The notes beneath the pieces are model-generated. The model did not search any database and was not told where the DNA came from. It worked only from the letters and a program-made list of their open reading frames with translations. Position numbers and translations under genes: made by a program. Shown here in pieces: positions 1-9,834 of a DNA stretch of 64,000 bases. Origin of the DNA: Lentisphaerae bacterium RIFOXYA12_64_32. GTDB taxonomy: Bacteria; Verrucomicrobiota; Lentisphaeria; Oligosphaerales; YB12-FULL-65-16. Position 1 is the stretch's first letter. Each line of letters opens with the position of its first letter. The DNA lies in NCBI GenBank assembly GCA_001803235.1, contig MHBL01000459.1, positions 4,840 through 68,839 on the forward strand, in the 5' to 3' direction.

Positions 1-149
1 GCTCATGAGCGCCAGTCCAAACGCGCGAGATGCCGGGAAATAGCTTGAGCAGGCTGGCCCGAGTTGTGGCTTGTCCGTAGCGGTAACGAAAAAGCGGTGC
101 GTAGACGACGGGGGTAAGCAGCAGAAAAGCGCCTCCTGAACGTCGGGCA

Positions 150-1016
150 ATGCGGATCGTACACTTCTCTGATATTCACATCGGGCGTTGGCCGTCGGGC
201 ACTTCTTTTCTCTTCGACAAGAGGGTCCTGGGGCTGACGAACTACTTCCTGCGCCGCCGGCTTGGCTTCCAGTCCGCTCTTCTGGCCCCGGCGGTGTCGA
301 CGATCCGGGCACTGAACCCCGACTGGATGGTGTGCACGGGGGACATCACGACCGTCGGTTCTCCAGAGGAATTCCAGGCGGTACGGGACGCCTTGGCGCC
401 ACTGATGGCCGACGGTTTGGGGCAACGTCTCATTCTGGTTCCGGGAAATCACGACGTCTATGTTCGGAACCGTGCCTGCCGTGCTGCGCTTGAGGACTGC
501 TTTGCAGGCTGCAACGCCAGCCGCTGGACGTTGGCGGAACTGCCGCAACGGGTCCAGGCCTCGCACCTCTCCCTTTGGGTTGTGGACGAGTGCTGCTGCA
601 CCAACTGGTTGCTGTCTTCCGGACGCGTTTCCGCGGTGACCGCCGGGCAACTCGAGGATTGGCTTGAGGCACCCCGCGTCGCAGGGGAGAAGCGGATCTT
701 GATCGGGCACTTTCCCTTACGGGATCCGGCTGGCGTGCCGCTGGGCTGGCGGCGGCGCTTGGTGGGTGCCGACCGCTTGGCGGCGGCGTTGAGGGACGGG
801 CGGCTGGACGTGTCACTGTGTGGGCACGAACACCGGCCGTTTGTCCGCCGCGAACCCTCCGGTTCCATGGAAGTCTGCGCCGGTGCCCTTCTGGTGTGGG
901 GGAAGATCAATGTCCTCGACTACTGTGAGGCGTCGGGGCGTTTGACCCAAACCTGGGTCGACGTGCCTTGGGGCGCTTTTCCCGCGCCGGCCCTGCCTCT
1001 GCCTGCGCCTTCCTGA
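150..1016 (+). CDS. Calcineurin-like metallophosphoesterase
   Basis: Ordered motifs HFSDIH, CTGDIT, VPGNHD, GHFP, GHEH in a 288-aa ORF. Confidence 0.85.
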   Translation: MRIVHFSDIHIGRWPSGTSFLFDKRVLGLTNYFLRRRLGFQSALLAPAVSTIRALNPDWMVCTGDITTVGSPEEFQAVRDALAPLMADGLGQRLILVPGNHDVYVRNRACRAALEDCFAGCNASRWTLAELPQRVQASHLSLWVVDECCCTNWLLSSGRVSAVTAGQLEDWLEAPRVAGEKRILIGHFPLRDPAGVPLGWRRRLVGADRLAAALRDGRLDVSLCGHEHRPFVRREPSGSMEVCAGALLVWGKINVLDYCEASGRLTQTWVDVPWGAFPAPALPLPAPS

Positions 1017-1191
1017 GGGGGGGGCGCAGGCGGCCCCAAACGCGTGCGGCAGCTTGATCTGAACCATTCTGGCACTACATTACTTTCCCCCGCGACGCCT
1101 CAACGGGGGAGGTGGCAACAAGGGGGTATGGACGGTGTGATTTGGCACGGCCGGACCCCGGTCGCGGGAGCTGGCAAGGAGTCCGCAGACC

Positions 1192-3351
1192 ATGACGAGC
1201 GCGAAGGACAAGGGTGTGTTCTCGGGCCTGATGCCGCAGCCCCGGGTGATTCGACTCCTTGGGGGCACCACGGAGCTGTCCGAGGACGTTCGGCTGGTGA
1301 CCAGCAATGTGCTGCCTCTGCAGCGGAAGGCGATGCGCGGGATCCTGACGGTGGCCAACGTCCGAGTGGTCGCCAACAAGAAGAAGTTTGTCATCGAGGT
1401 CCGGGTTGAGGACCCCGCGAGCATGAAGATGTCGGACGTGCCTGAGGCCGCCCGCGAGGACTACTACGAGCTGGAGCTTTGTGACAGCCGTGTGCTGGTT
1501 CGCACGGCCAGCCAAGCGGGGGCGCTTTGGGGCGTGCAGACGCTGGTCGGGCTGTATCGCGAAGCCGGCGGCAACGGACGGGTCCCCAACGTGCTGGTCC
1601 GGGACTGGCCCGAAATGCCGGTGCGCGGCATTTTCGTGGAGAACAAGTGGGGTCCGGACCGGATGAAGCTGGCGGACTGGCACACGGTCATGGACCGGTT
1701 GGCAGCGCTGAAGATGAACTGCCTCGGAGTGGGTCTGTACGGGTGCTGGGGCAGTTGCCGATACGAAGGTGCGCCCACGGAGTTCCTCATGGTTCCGGTC
1801 CCGGATCATCCGGAACTGAAGACCGAGAAGACGCTGCGCTGGTACAGTCCCAAGCAGCAGGACTGGGTGCAGGAGACCTATCTGCCGGCGATGTTTGCGG
1901 AGGATTTTCTTGCCGAGCTGGTGACCGGGGGCGAGGAGAGAGGCATCACCGTGGTGCCTTTTGTGAACAGCCTCGGCCACAACACCATGATCCCGAGGCT
2001 GTATCCTGCGGTGTCGGCCAAGGCGAAGGACGGTTCGCCCAAGGGCATTGGTTACTGCCTGTCGACTCCCGAGACGCGGCAGTTTATCGAGGCGTTCTAC
2101 GGCAGCATCATCACGCGGTATTTTCGAACCGGTATCCGGTACTTCCATATCCAGCTCGATGAGGTCTGGCCGGATCATCCCGACCCGGCGGACCCGCATC
2201 GGAAGGTTGAGCCGTGGTGTGAGTGCAAGAAGTGCTCGGGGCGGTCCCGCGAGGACAACCTGCGCGACTACATCATCTGGCTGGTGGGCATGCTGGCCGG
2301 CAAGGGCGTCGGCAAGGTGGTGATGTGGAACGACCAACTCACGCGCCACATGAAGGTTCTGGACAAGTCCTTTGTCAAGCGCTTGAAGGACGCCGGGCTG
2401 CAAGACCGGCTGCTCCTGCACTGGTGGTGGTACGACAACAAGAAACTCGACGCCAGCGTGCACGTGAAACTGGGCAAAGCGCTCGGGCTGAACGGCTGGG
2501 TCGCGCCCATGACGTGCTACTTCAATTGGGACCGCCTGGATATCCGCCGCGAGAATGTCGGCCTGATGCTGCGCATGGGGTTGGCGGAAGGCGCCGAAGG
2601 CGCGGTCTCGTATGCTGTCCATGATCCGGCTTGGTCGGACCACGAGGCCCTGCTGGCCGACTACGGCTGGACCGGCAACGTCAAGGAGTCGGTCTCGGAG
2701 GTGCACGGGAAGTGGATACAGGTGCGGTTCCGCGAACGGGCCGGCGCGTTCAAAGCCGCACAGGCGGCACTGGGGAAGGCCGGGACGGCGTTTCCGGCGC
2801 TGCATTCGTGCCACTACTACGCCTACACCTACTGCGGAGAGAAGCCGCCGTTCCCCCGGCCCTACCCGGGCGAGGCCCTGACCGCGCTGGCGGGCATGGA
2901 TGCGGCAAAGGTGAAGAGCGACTTGCAGAATGCCGCGGCGGCCGCCCATACGGCGGTGCAGGGCTTTTCGGAACTGAGCAAGGCGACGGAACCGGCACTG
3001 CCGGCCGACGACCTTGCCTGCGTGCGGAGTTCGCTGGGTGAGGCGGCGCGCATCGAAGGGCTCGCCACGGCTTTCGCGTACCTGTTCACCGCCTGGCAGG
3101 GCGTGCAGAAGAAGAAGGTGACGGACGAACTCGTGGCGGGCTGCAAGGAGGCGCGGAAGGCGCTTCTGGAGTCCATGGCTCTTGTGGAGGCCAACAAGCC
3201 GGAATGGGTCGCCCCATCCTGCCTGCGGGGCCTCAGTGCGCTGTTGGAGTTCCTCGAACAGCTCAGCCGCGACTTGGCCGAGGCGAAGAAGGGGAAAACC
3301 CCGCCGTCCAAGGTCCGGTGGACCGTGGAACATCCGGCGGCGCGGTCCTGA
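1192..3351 (+). CDS. GH20-like glycoside hydrolase (beta-N-acetylhexosaminidase fold)
   Basis: N-terminal GH20 domain-2-like segment (EDYYELEL...ASQAGALWGVQTL), then VRDWPEMPVRGIF and a catalytic-like FHIQLDEVW (canonical HxGxDE); AGGAG RBS upstream. Confidence 0.7.
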   Translation: MTSAKDKGVFSGLMPQPRVIRLLGGTTELSEDVRLVTSNVLPLQRKAMRGILTVANVRVVANKKKFVIEVRVEDPASMKMSDVPEAAREDYYELELCDSRVLVRTASQAGALWGVQTLVGLYREAGGNGRVPNVLVRDWPEMPVRGIFVENKWGPDRMKLADWHTVMDRLAALKMNCLGVGLYGCWGSCRYEGAPTEFLMVPVPDHPELKTEKTLRWYSPKQQDWVQETYLPAMFAEDFLAELVTGGEERGITVVPFVNSLGHNTMIPRLYPAVSAKAKDGSPKGIGYCLSTPETRQFIEAFYGSIITRYFRTGIRYFHIQLDEVWPDHPDPADPHRKVEPWCECKKCSGRSREDNLRDYIIWLVGMLAGKGVGKVVMWNDQLTRHMKVLDKSFVKRLKDAGLQDRLLLHWWWYDNKKLDASVHVKLGKALGLNGWVAPMTCYFNWDRLDIRRENVGLMLRMGLAEGAEGAVSYAVHDPAWSDHEALLADYGWTGNVKESVSEVHGKWIQVRFRERAGAFKAAQAALGKAGTAFPALHSCHYYAYTYCGEKPPFPRPYPGEALTALAGMDAAKVKSDLQNAAAAAHTAVQGFSELSKATEPALPADDLACVRSSLGEAARIEGLATAFAYLFTAWQGVQKKKVTDELVAGCKEARKALLESMALVEANKPEWVAPSCLRGLSALLEFLEQLSRDLAEAKKGKTPPSKVRWTVEHPAARS

Positions 3352-3401
3352 CGGGTGCGTCGATCTGAACCGGGCTGCCACGACTCACGAATCGGTGGCG
3401 G

Positions 3402-3797
3402 TCAGGTCTTGACCGTGTGCATGCGAACGCGGTAGTCGGAGAAATGTTGGTCCGCCGTGACCAGCGTCAGGTTCTCGAGCTGGGCCTGCGCAATCAGCAT
3501 GCGGTCGAATGGATCCTGATGATGGGGTGGTAACGCCCCCGCTCGCAGAGCATGCACCATGGAAATTGGCAGAATCTGGATCGTGTCCTTTGCCAATTCA
3601 CTGGGGAGCAAGTTCTCCGGAGCCGTGTCCAGTTTCAGCTTGCCGAGCCGGTACTTGACGGCGATTTCCCAAACGCTGGCGGTGGAAAAGAATAGTTCCG
3701 TGCCGCCATCTTCCATGAGAGCCCGTGTTTGGGTGTCCAGCCGTTCCGGTTCCAGATACCACCACAGCCAGATGTGGGTGTCGATGAGGTGCCTCAC
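3402..3797 (-). CDS. vapC: PIN-domain toxin (VapC family)
   Basis: LIDTHIWLW, SVWEIAVK, HQDPFDRMLIAQA, LVTAD motifs; GTG start overlaps the antitoxin stop (GTGA). Confidence 0.92.
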   Translation of the reverse strand: MRHLIDTHIWLWWYLEPERLDTQTRALMEDGGTELFFSTASVWEIAVKYRLGKLKLDTAPENLLPSELAKDTIQILPISMVHALRAGALPPHHQDPFDRMLIAQAQLENLTLVTADQHFSDYRVRMHTVKT

Positions 3798-4033
3798 GAA
3801 TAAAACCCTTTCAGGACCTCATCCGGAAGCGGTGCGTCAAAGTCATCCGCGACGGAGCCCTTGCCCCGGCCTCGGCCGGGAACACGTTTGGTCGTGGGGG
3901 GGGCGCAGGGCACGAGGCGGGCGATTTTTTTCCCCGCCCTGGCGATGATAACCTCTTCGCCGCTGGTTACGCTCAGCAACAGGCGACTAAGGTGGGTCTT
4001 TGCTTCGTGGACATTAACAACCATGGTGTGCAT
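3794..4033 (-). CDS. Phd/YefM-family antitoxin
   Basis: VNVHEAKTHLSRLL...GEEVIIARAGKKIARLVP signature; 79 aa; directly upstream of the PIN toxin. Confidence 0.9.
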   Translation of the reverse strand: MHTMVVNVHEAKTHLSRLLLSVTSGEEVIIARAGKKIARLVPCAPPTTKRVPGRGRGKGSVADDFDAPLPDEVLKGFYS

Positions 4034-4054
4034 TCTCCCTGCTGCCTGTTGAAT

Positions 4055-4083
4055 AATATGGACTTAGTCTATGACTTAGTCAA
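4055..4083 (-). promoter_or_regulatory. Putative sigma70 promoter of the TA operon with tandem operator palindromes
   Basis: On the minus strand: TTGACT, 17 nt, CATATT(AT). Two GACT-T-AGTC palindromes at 4061-4069 and 4073-4081 overlap the -35 box and spacer. Confidence 0.6.
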
Positions 4084-4132
4084 TATCATGGCATGCGTTT
4101 CGCCGAAGCGTCGCTGCCACTTCCGCCTGAAT

Positions 4133-4263
4133 GGGCGTGTCGATTTAGCCCACGCGGCCCCAAGTCAGCCCGCGAGGACGCGGGCGCTCCAGCTCGGATG
4201 CAGCACGAATTATGGAGCGCCCGCGTCCTCGCGGGCTCTGGATTCCATTAAATCGACACGCCC
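4133..4263. mobile_element. MITE-like element, TIR GGGCGTGTCGATTTA, enclosing a GGAG-REP inverted pair
   Basis: Perfect 15-bp TIRs at 4133-4147 and 4249-4263; direct repeat TGAAT at 4128-4132 and 4264-4268; internal perfect 24-bp inverted repeat at 4168-4191 and 4213-4236. Confidence 0.7.
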
Positions 4264-4365
4264 TGAATCGCGGGACTCAGGCGGAGACCTCGGGTAGACG
4301 GGGACGCGGGCACTCCAGGGGGGACATGGCGCACGCTGGGAGTGTGATGCTGGCGGCGGCGGAAT

Positions 4366-6627
4366 TCACGGGGAAATCCGCAACTCCACCGGTCCGGCTT
4401 GGGCGCAGACCGCGAGTTCCCCCCGTTCCGCATCGAACTGCCACTGTCCGGCCGCCAAGTCGGTCCCATTCACCCGGATCTGTTTCGGAGGCGCTTTCAG
4501 CGCGATCCGGAATGACCAGGTGCGGTTTGAGGCCTGGCCGGCGAACGTGCCGCGCGTCGCCCCGACGGCAATCCGCACCCCCGCCTTCTCCGCCATCGCG
4601 GTGACCCGGGTGACGGCAAACCGCCCCCGCGCGTGTTCCAGGGATGAGCCGTCGTCTTCGTAGAACTCGAACGCGCTCTCTCGGGCGCCCGGAAACACGT
4701 ACCATTCCACGTTGTCGACCGGGCGTTCGCCGCGGTAAGCCATCAAGGGCCCGAACGGGATGATGGCGCCTTCGCGCACGAACAGACCGCCCCCGCGGTT
4801 CTGCGGCCACGCGATGGTGTGGTCGCATCCCCCGTCGTACACGCGTCCGGTCCAGTAGTCCTTCCACGCGCCGGCGGGGAGGTACACCTCCGGTTTGTAG
4901 ATGGTGACGAGCAGGTCGCGTCCCAGCAGGTACTCGTGCAGGACGTCGCGGCAGCGGCGGTCGGCCTGGAACTCCAACGGCAGCGGGACCATGAGCGGAT
5001 AGCCGGTTTGGGTGGCGCGCCAGGCCCACGAGTAGATGTACGGGATCAGGCGCGCCCGGAGCTGGGCGTAGTCGCGGTGCATGTCGCAGAGCTCCTGGCC
5101 TTGTACCCACGGCATGCGGAAGTAGTTCCAACTGTTGATCTGGCTCCACGGCAGGAGATAGCCGAAATGGAGACCCTCCTTCTGGGCCACCTCCATGTCG
5201 TTGGTGGCCCAACTGTGGGCAACCATGGCCGTATTGAGCATGGCGCCGAGGGTTTCGAGGCGCCCGCCTGTGTCGCCGGTCCACGTTCCCGCCCAGGCCT
5301 GGAACCCGGCCCAGCCGGCAGGGGTGAACACGACGGGGCGCCGGCCCGTGTGTGCGGCGAAGCCTTCGTACATCTGGCGCGCGTACAGGAGCGGGTAGAG
5401 GTTGTGCATTTCGGCGTCCGGCATGCCGTTGCCCCAGCAGCGGTCCGGGTGGTCGAGGACTTGGTAGGCCCCGTCCTGCTTGAAGAAGTCCGCGCACTGA
5501 TCCGTGAATTTCTTCAGGTGCTCGAACCAAGCCTGGTCCCGCTTCGTGACGCGGTCGCTGTACATGGGGTGGCTGAAATGCGCGTCCTGTTCGGCTTCCT
5601 TGTGGAAGAATGCATCAACCCGGGGATCGCCCTTGCCGCAGTCCGGCTGTCCGACTCGGCGCTCCGCCTCAAAGGACAGATCGTAGTCGCAGCAGAGCCA
5701 CAGTTCCATGCGGTAACCCATGCGGCGGATGGCATTGAAGAAGTTGTGCGGGCCGGTGCGGCAGTACGAGGGGATCGGGAAGCGCTGCGCGCTCCAGTCC
5801 TTGTCCACGGAGCCGTCGTAGTTCTTCTCCATCCATCCCGGTTCCAGGCCGATGACGTCGCACGGGATGTTCTCGCGCCGGAAGTTGATCGCGTCGTTGA
5901 CGGCTTCGCAGTCGTTGGCCTGGGTGCGGCAGATGTACCAGAGGCCGAACGCCCAGTCCGGGGGTAGCTTGGGTCTGCCGGTCAGTTCTGTGTAGACGTC
6001 CAGCAGATCGCGAAACGAATCACCCAGCATCACGTAGTAATCCACGATGCCGCGGCCGTCGCGCCACTCGACATGGTTGGGGTCGGACGAGCACAGATCG
6101 AAGACTACGCGGTGTGTGGTATTGACCAGGATGCCGAGGCCGCGGGTGGACATGAAGAACGGGACCGGGATGTACGAGCGGACGTTGCGGACGTGACAGT
6201 CGGCCACGTGCCCCCGGTGGAAGAGCCGTTCCCGCGTCTGGTCGCCGAACCCGGTCCAGTCCTCGTCGGCCGTGGCCTTGAAGCGCACGGCGACGCCCGA
6301 CTCATGATACGTGACGGCGGTCTGCTGAGTTCGCACCGTCCCGCGTGCGTCCGCGACCGCGATGACGGTTCCGTCCGCCGACCAGGATACACGCATCTGG
6401 TCGCTGGCCGCGAAGGCCTTGCCGGCGGTCTTGCCGGTGCGCACCCGGACCCGGGCGCCGGCCGGCGGGGCGATGAAGCCGTAGCGGTTCAGGCCCGTGT
6501 CCGGGAAGTCCCCCGTGCGGCTGAGCTGGATGCGGGCGACCCGGGGCGAGAGGAAGGTGACGCGGAGGGCGGTGTCCGCCTTCAACTCTTGTTCGACGAC
6601 AGAGCGGGCCGGTTTCGTCTTGCTCAT
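4366..6627 (-). CDS. GH31 alpha-glycosidase (YicI/alpha-xylosidase-like)
   Basis: IPVPFFMSTRG, GRPKLPPDWAFGLW, nucleophile-region FFKQDG, acid/base WTGDT, LRARLIPYIYS, YLLGRDLLV, VYLPAGAWKDYWTG, FYEDDG. Confidence 0.85.
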   Translation of the reverse strand: MSKTKPARSVVEQELKADTALRVTFLSPRVARIQLSRTGDFPDTGLNRYGFIAPPAGARVRVRTGKTAGKAFAASDQMRVSWSADGTVIAVADARGTVRTQQTAVTYHESGVAVRFKATADEDWTGFGDQTRERLFHRGHVADCHVRNVRSYIPVPFFMSTRGLGILVNTTHRVVFDLCSSDPNHVEWRDGRGIVDYYVMLGDSFRDLLDVYTELTGRPKLPPDWAFGLWYICRTQANDCEAVNDAINFRRENIPCDVIGLEPGWMEKNYDGSVDKDWSAQRFPIPSYCRTGPHNFFNAIRRMGYRMELWLCCDYDLSFEAERRVGQPDCGKGDPRVDAFFHKEAEQDAHFSHPMYSDRVTKRDQAWFEHLKKFTDQCADFFKQDGAYQVLDHPDRCWGNGMPDAEMHNLYPLLYARQMYEGFAAHTGRRPVVFTPAGWAGFQAWAGTWTGDTGGRLETLGAMLNTAMVAHSWATNDMEVAQKEGLHFGYLLPWSQINSWNYFRMPWVQGQELCDMHRDYAQLRARLIPYIYSWAWRATQTGYPLMVPLPLEFQADRRCRDVLHEYLLGRDLLVTIYKPEVYLPAGAWKDYWTGRVYDGGCDHTIAWPQNRGGGLFVREGAIIPFGPLMAYRGERPVDNVEWYVFPGARESAFEFYEDDGSSLEHARGRFAVTRVTAMAEKAGVRIAVGATRGTFAGQASNRTWSFRIALKAPPKQIRVNGTDLAAGQWQFDAERGELAVCAQAGPVELRISP

Positions 6628-6908
6628 CGTGTGGCGTCCTTCAATCTGTTATTGTTGCCGGACCCATGGAAGGCCGCGCGTCCTGCACGTCGGACTTGTG
6701 TTGTGTCCGGTTTTCCCGTATATAGTGGCGCCGACGCGAATAGCAAGACCGGTGCGAAAAGCCCGGGCCGCGCAGACCGCGCTCCGCTGGTCGACGGCGG
6801 CAAGGTTGCGGGGTATATTGTCAGGGCTGTGGTAGAGGGGCAGCAGACCGCCGCGCCGCGCCGAGGCGGCGGCCGCAGCCGCCGTAACCAAGGGAGCCAG
6901 GGCGAACT

Positions 6909-9353
6909 ATGGACGAGCAACCGGAAAACGAATTTGTGACACCTCAGGTCGTGGAGCCTGAACCTGAGCCGCAGGCCGAGGCCCAGAAGATGGTGCTGGC
7001 CTCGCAGGTTCTTCCGGACCGGCTGTACCTGTTGCCGACGGAGGCCAAGCCGATCTTCCCGGGCCTGCTATTCCCCGTGGTTCAGGCCCCGGGGGCCGAG
7101 GCTGACGTGCTGCGTCTGATCGTGGAGCAGGTTCCGGAACGGGTGGTGGGGTTTGTGCTGCCTAAGGAGCAGACGGAGACGGAAGGCGGGGAATCCCTTC
7201 AGCGCCAGTTATACCGCATCGGGACGGTGGCGCGGGTTCTCAAAATGCAGACGTCCCCCGAGGGGGCTGTCCAGGTGCTGCTGCAGGGGCTGAAGCGGTT
7301 CCAGATTCTGAAGGCCGTTCAGCGGGACAACAAGCTGATGGCTCAGGTTGTCTATCTCGAGGACGTCCGCGTGGAGGGGGATGACGTCAAGGCCTTGTGC
7401 CTGGCGATCATGAACACCATGCGGGACCTGATCAAGCACAACCCGCTGTTTTCCGAAGAGATCCGGATGTTCCTGACCCGCGCGGACTGGAGCGATGCGG
7501 GTCGTTTGGCGGACTTCGCGGTAACCATGACCTCGTCGACGCGCGAAGAGCTCCAGGACGTGCTCGAGTGCCTGGACGTGAAGACGCGGCTGGAGAAGGT
7601 CCTGTTCCTGATGCGCAAGGAGCTGGACATCAACCAGCTCAAGGAGAAGATCACGCACCAGATTGAGGAGAAGATCTCCAAGCAGCAGCGCGAATTTTTC
7701 CTGCGCGAACAGATGAAGGCGATCAAGCAGGAGCTCGGGCTGGAGAAGGACGAGAAGACCGAAGAGCTGGAGAAGTATCAGGCCCGACTGAAGGAACTGG
7801 TGTTGCCGGACGAGGCGAAGGCCCGCATCGAAGAGGAGCTTGACAAACTCAAGCTGCTGCCAACGCAATCGCCGGAGTTCGGGGTGTCGCGCAATTATCT
7901 CGACTGGCTGACCGGGCTGCCCTGGGGCAAGTACTCGGAGGACCAACTGGACGTCCCGGCGGCCCGGAAGGTTCTGGACCGCGACCATTACGGACTGGAT
8001 GACGTGAAGGCGCGGATCCTGGAGTTCATCGGGGTGGCGAAGTTGCGGGGCTCGATCGAGGGCTCAATCCTGTGCCTGATCGGTCCCCCGGGAGTCGGCA
8101 AGACCTCATTGGGGCGGGGCGTGGCCGAGTCGCTGGGCCGGAAGTTCTACCGCTTCTCGTTGGGCGGCATGCGGGACGAAGCAGAGATCAAGGGGCATCG
8201 GCGCACCTACATCGGCGCGTTGCCCGGCAAGGTCATGCAGGCGATCAAGACCGTCGGCACGGCCAACCCGGTCATCATGCTGGACGAGATCGACAAGGTG
8301 GGGGCCTCGTTCCAGGGCGATCCGGCATCGGCGTTGCTCGAGGTCCTTGACCCGGAACAGAACGTGGCGTTCCGAGACCATTATCTCGACGTGCCGTTCG
8401 ATCTCTCGAAAGTCCTTTTCATCGCGACGGCCAATGTGCCGGACACCATTCCGGGGCCGCTGCTGGACCGTATGGAGGTGATCCGCCTCTCCGGGTACAT
8501 CACACAGGAGAAGATCTCGATCGCGCAGCGGCACTTAATCCCCAAGCTGCTGCCGCGCAACGGGCTCACGGTTGAACAGATTGCCTTCAACGTCCCCGCG
8601 TTGCGCAGCATGGTCAACGGCTACGCGCGGGAGGCGGGTGTGCGCGCTCTGGAGAAGTCCATTGGCGGGTGCATGCGTAAGGTGGCGATGTCCCGGGCGG
8701 AGGGAAGAGAGAAGCGCCGGGTTCTGGTTAACCCTGCCAAGGTCGAGAAGTTGCTCGGCAAGCCGGTGTTTACCGACGACCCGTTGATGAAACGGGTCAA
8801 ACCGGGCGTCGTCATGGGCTTGGCGTGGACGCCGCTGGGCGGCACCACGCTGTACGTCGAGGCCATGGCGGTCCCCTCCGAGAATCGCGCCATCAAGCTG
8901 ACGGGCCAGCTGGGCGAGGTCATGGTCGAGTCCTCGCATATCGCCTACTCTCTGGTCAGTTCCAGCACGCGCCGGTTCGGCATCCGGGAGGACTTCTTTG
9001 AGAAGAGGACTATCCATATCCATGTGCCCGCGGGAGCGACGAAGAAAGACGGGCCGTCGGCGGGCGTGACCATGGCCACCGCACTGATCTCCCTGGCCTT
9101 GAACAGAAAGGTGCCGCCGCACGTGGCCATGACCGGGGAGTTGACCCTCACCGGGCGGGTGCTGCCGGTCGGGGGCATCAAGGAGAAGATGATCGCAGCG
9201 ACGCGGTCCAAAGTCCGGCGCGTGATCCTGCCCCACGAGAATCTAAAAGATTTCGAAGAAATCCCCGAGAAGGTGCGGCGCGGCATCAAGCCGTACTACG
9301 TCTCGGACTACCAAGAGGTCTTCGAGCTGGTCTTCGGTGGCGGGCTGCGGTGA
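6909..9353 (+). CDS. lon: ATP-dependent Lon protease
   Basis: Lon N-domain, Walker A GPPGVGKTS, RRTYIGALPG, LDEIDK, DPASALLEVLDPEQN, catalytic KDGPSAG serine and GGIKEK lysine. Confidence 0.97.
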   Translation: MDEQPENEFVTPQVVEPEPEPQAEAQKMVLASQVLPDRLYLLPTEAKPIFPGLLFPVVQAPGAEADVLRLIVEQVPERVVGFVLPKEQTETEGGESLQRQLYRIGTVARVLKMQTSPEGAVQVLLQGLKRFQILKAVQRDNKLMAQVVYLEDVRVEGDDVKALCLAIMNTMRDLIKHNPLFSEEIRMFLTRADWSDAGRLADFAVTMTSSTREELQDVLECLDVKTRLEKVLFLMRKELDINQLKEKITHQIEEKISKQQREFFLREQMKAIKQELGLEKDEKTEELEKYQARLKELVLPDEAKARIEEELDKLKLLPTQSPEFGVSRNYLDWLTGLPWGKYSEDQLDVPAARKVLDRDHYGLDDVKARILEFIGVAKLRGSIEGSILCLIGPPGVGKTSLGRGVAESLGRKFYRFSLGGMRDEAEIKGHRRTYIGALPGKVMQAIKTVGTANPVIMLDEIDKVGASFQGDPASALLEVLDPEQNVAFRDHYLDVPFDLSKVLFIATANVPDTIPGPLLDRMEVIRLSGYITQEKISIAQRHLIPKLLPRNGLTVEQIAFNVPALRSMVNGYAREAGVRALEKSIGGCMRKVAMSRAEGREKRRVLVNPAKVEKLLGKPVFTDDPLMKRVKPGVVMGLAWTPLGGTTLYVEAMAVPSENRAIKLTGQLGEVMVESSHIAYSLVSSSTRRFGIREDFFEKRTIHIHVPAGATKKDGPSAGVTMATALISLALNRKVPPHVAMTGELTLTGRVLPVGGIKEKMIAATRSKVRRVILPHENLKDFEEIPEKVRRGIKPYYVSDYQEVFELVFGGGLR

Positions 9354-9410
9354 ACGCGGGCAGTACCCCGAGTGCCTTTCCGCGCCGGTTCTTGCGAGCG
9401 GTTTCTTTTC

Positions 9411-9794
9411 CGACCTGTGCGGGAAGATCCTGAGAGAGAAAATGCCCCACCATGGACGCCAGGGCGCACCTGTTCGTAGTGGGCTCGCAGTGCGCGGAAC
9501 GAAGTGGAGCGCCAAGAGCCCATCTGGGGCATGGTTCAAGGGTTCACGGTTGGTCGAATCTGCGCTTACATCCGATAACCTGATAACCTTGAACCCCTGA
9601 ACCGTGAACCATGGACGCCAGGGCGTACCTGTTCGTAGTGGGCTCGCAGTGCGCGGAACGAAGTGGAGCGCCAAGAGCCCATCTGGCGTGTTGCGGCGGT
9701 GCGGTGTGGGGATGGTGTCTTGCCCGGCGGACAACCGCCGGGACTGCGACACCACTACGAACGATGCCGTGGCCGGATCTACCCGCACAGGTCG
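9411..9794 (+). mobile_element. MITE, CGACCTGTGC family, interior type A, with a nested GGCATGGTTCA element
   Basis: 20-bp TIRs CGACCTGTGCGGG(A/T)AGATCC at 9411-9430 and 9775-9794; perfect 8-bp TSD TTCTTTTC at 9403-9410 and 9795-9802; 78-bp internal direct repeat at 9450-9527 and 9609-9686. Confidence 0.85.
9528..9613. repeat. Heptamer-periodic inverted-repeat element (GGTTCA-based, type C)
   Basis: GGCATGGTTCAAGGGTTCACGGTT...AACCTTGAACCCCTGAACCGTGAACCATG; homologous to the outer parts of 12418-12705. Confidence 0.75.
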
Positions 9795-9805
9795 TTCTTT
9801 TCCCC

Positions 9806-9834
9806 TTGTGTTCTGCTGTATTCCGCGGTATAGT
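9806..9834 (+). promoter_or_regulatory. Putative sigma70 promoter for the NTase-like/regulator/polysaccharide operon
   Basis: TTGTGT at 9806-9811, 17-nt spacer, TATAGT at 9829-9834; palindrome GTAACGTTAC at 9843-9852 downstream. Confidence 0.45.

Noticed and set aside
1075-3381. Long antisense or alternate-frame ORFs (e.g. 1075-3381, 4277-5530, 28922-30904, 32858-34741, 54742-56373, 59766-61385, 60608-62383)
   Set aside because: They overlap well-supported genes, lack recognisable motifs, and are expected shadows in high-GC coding DNA.
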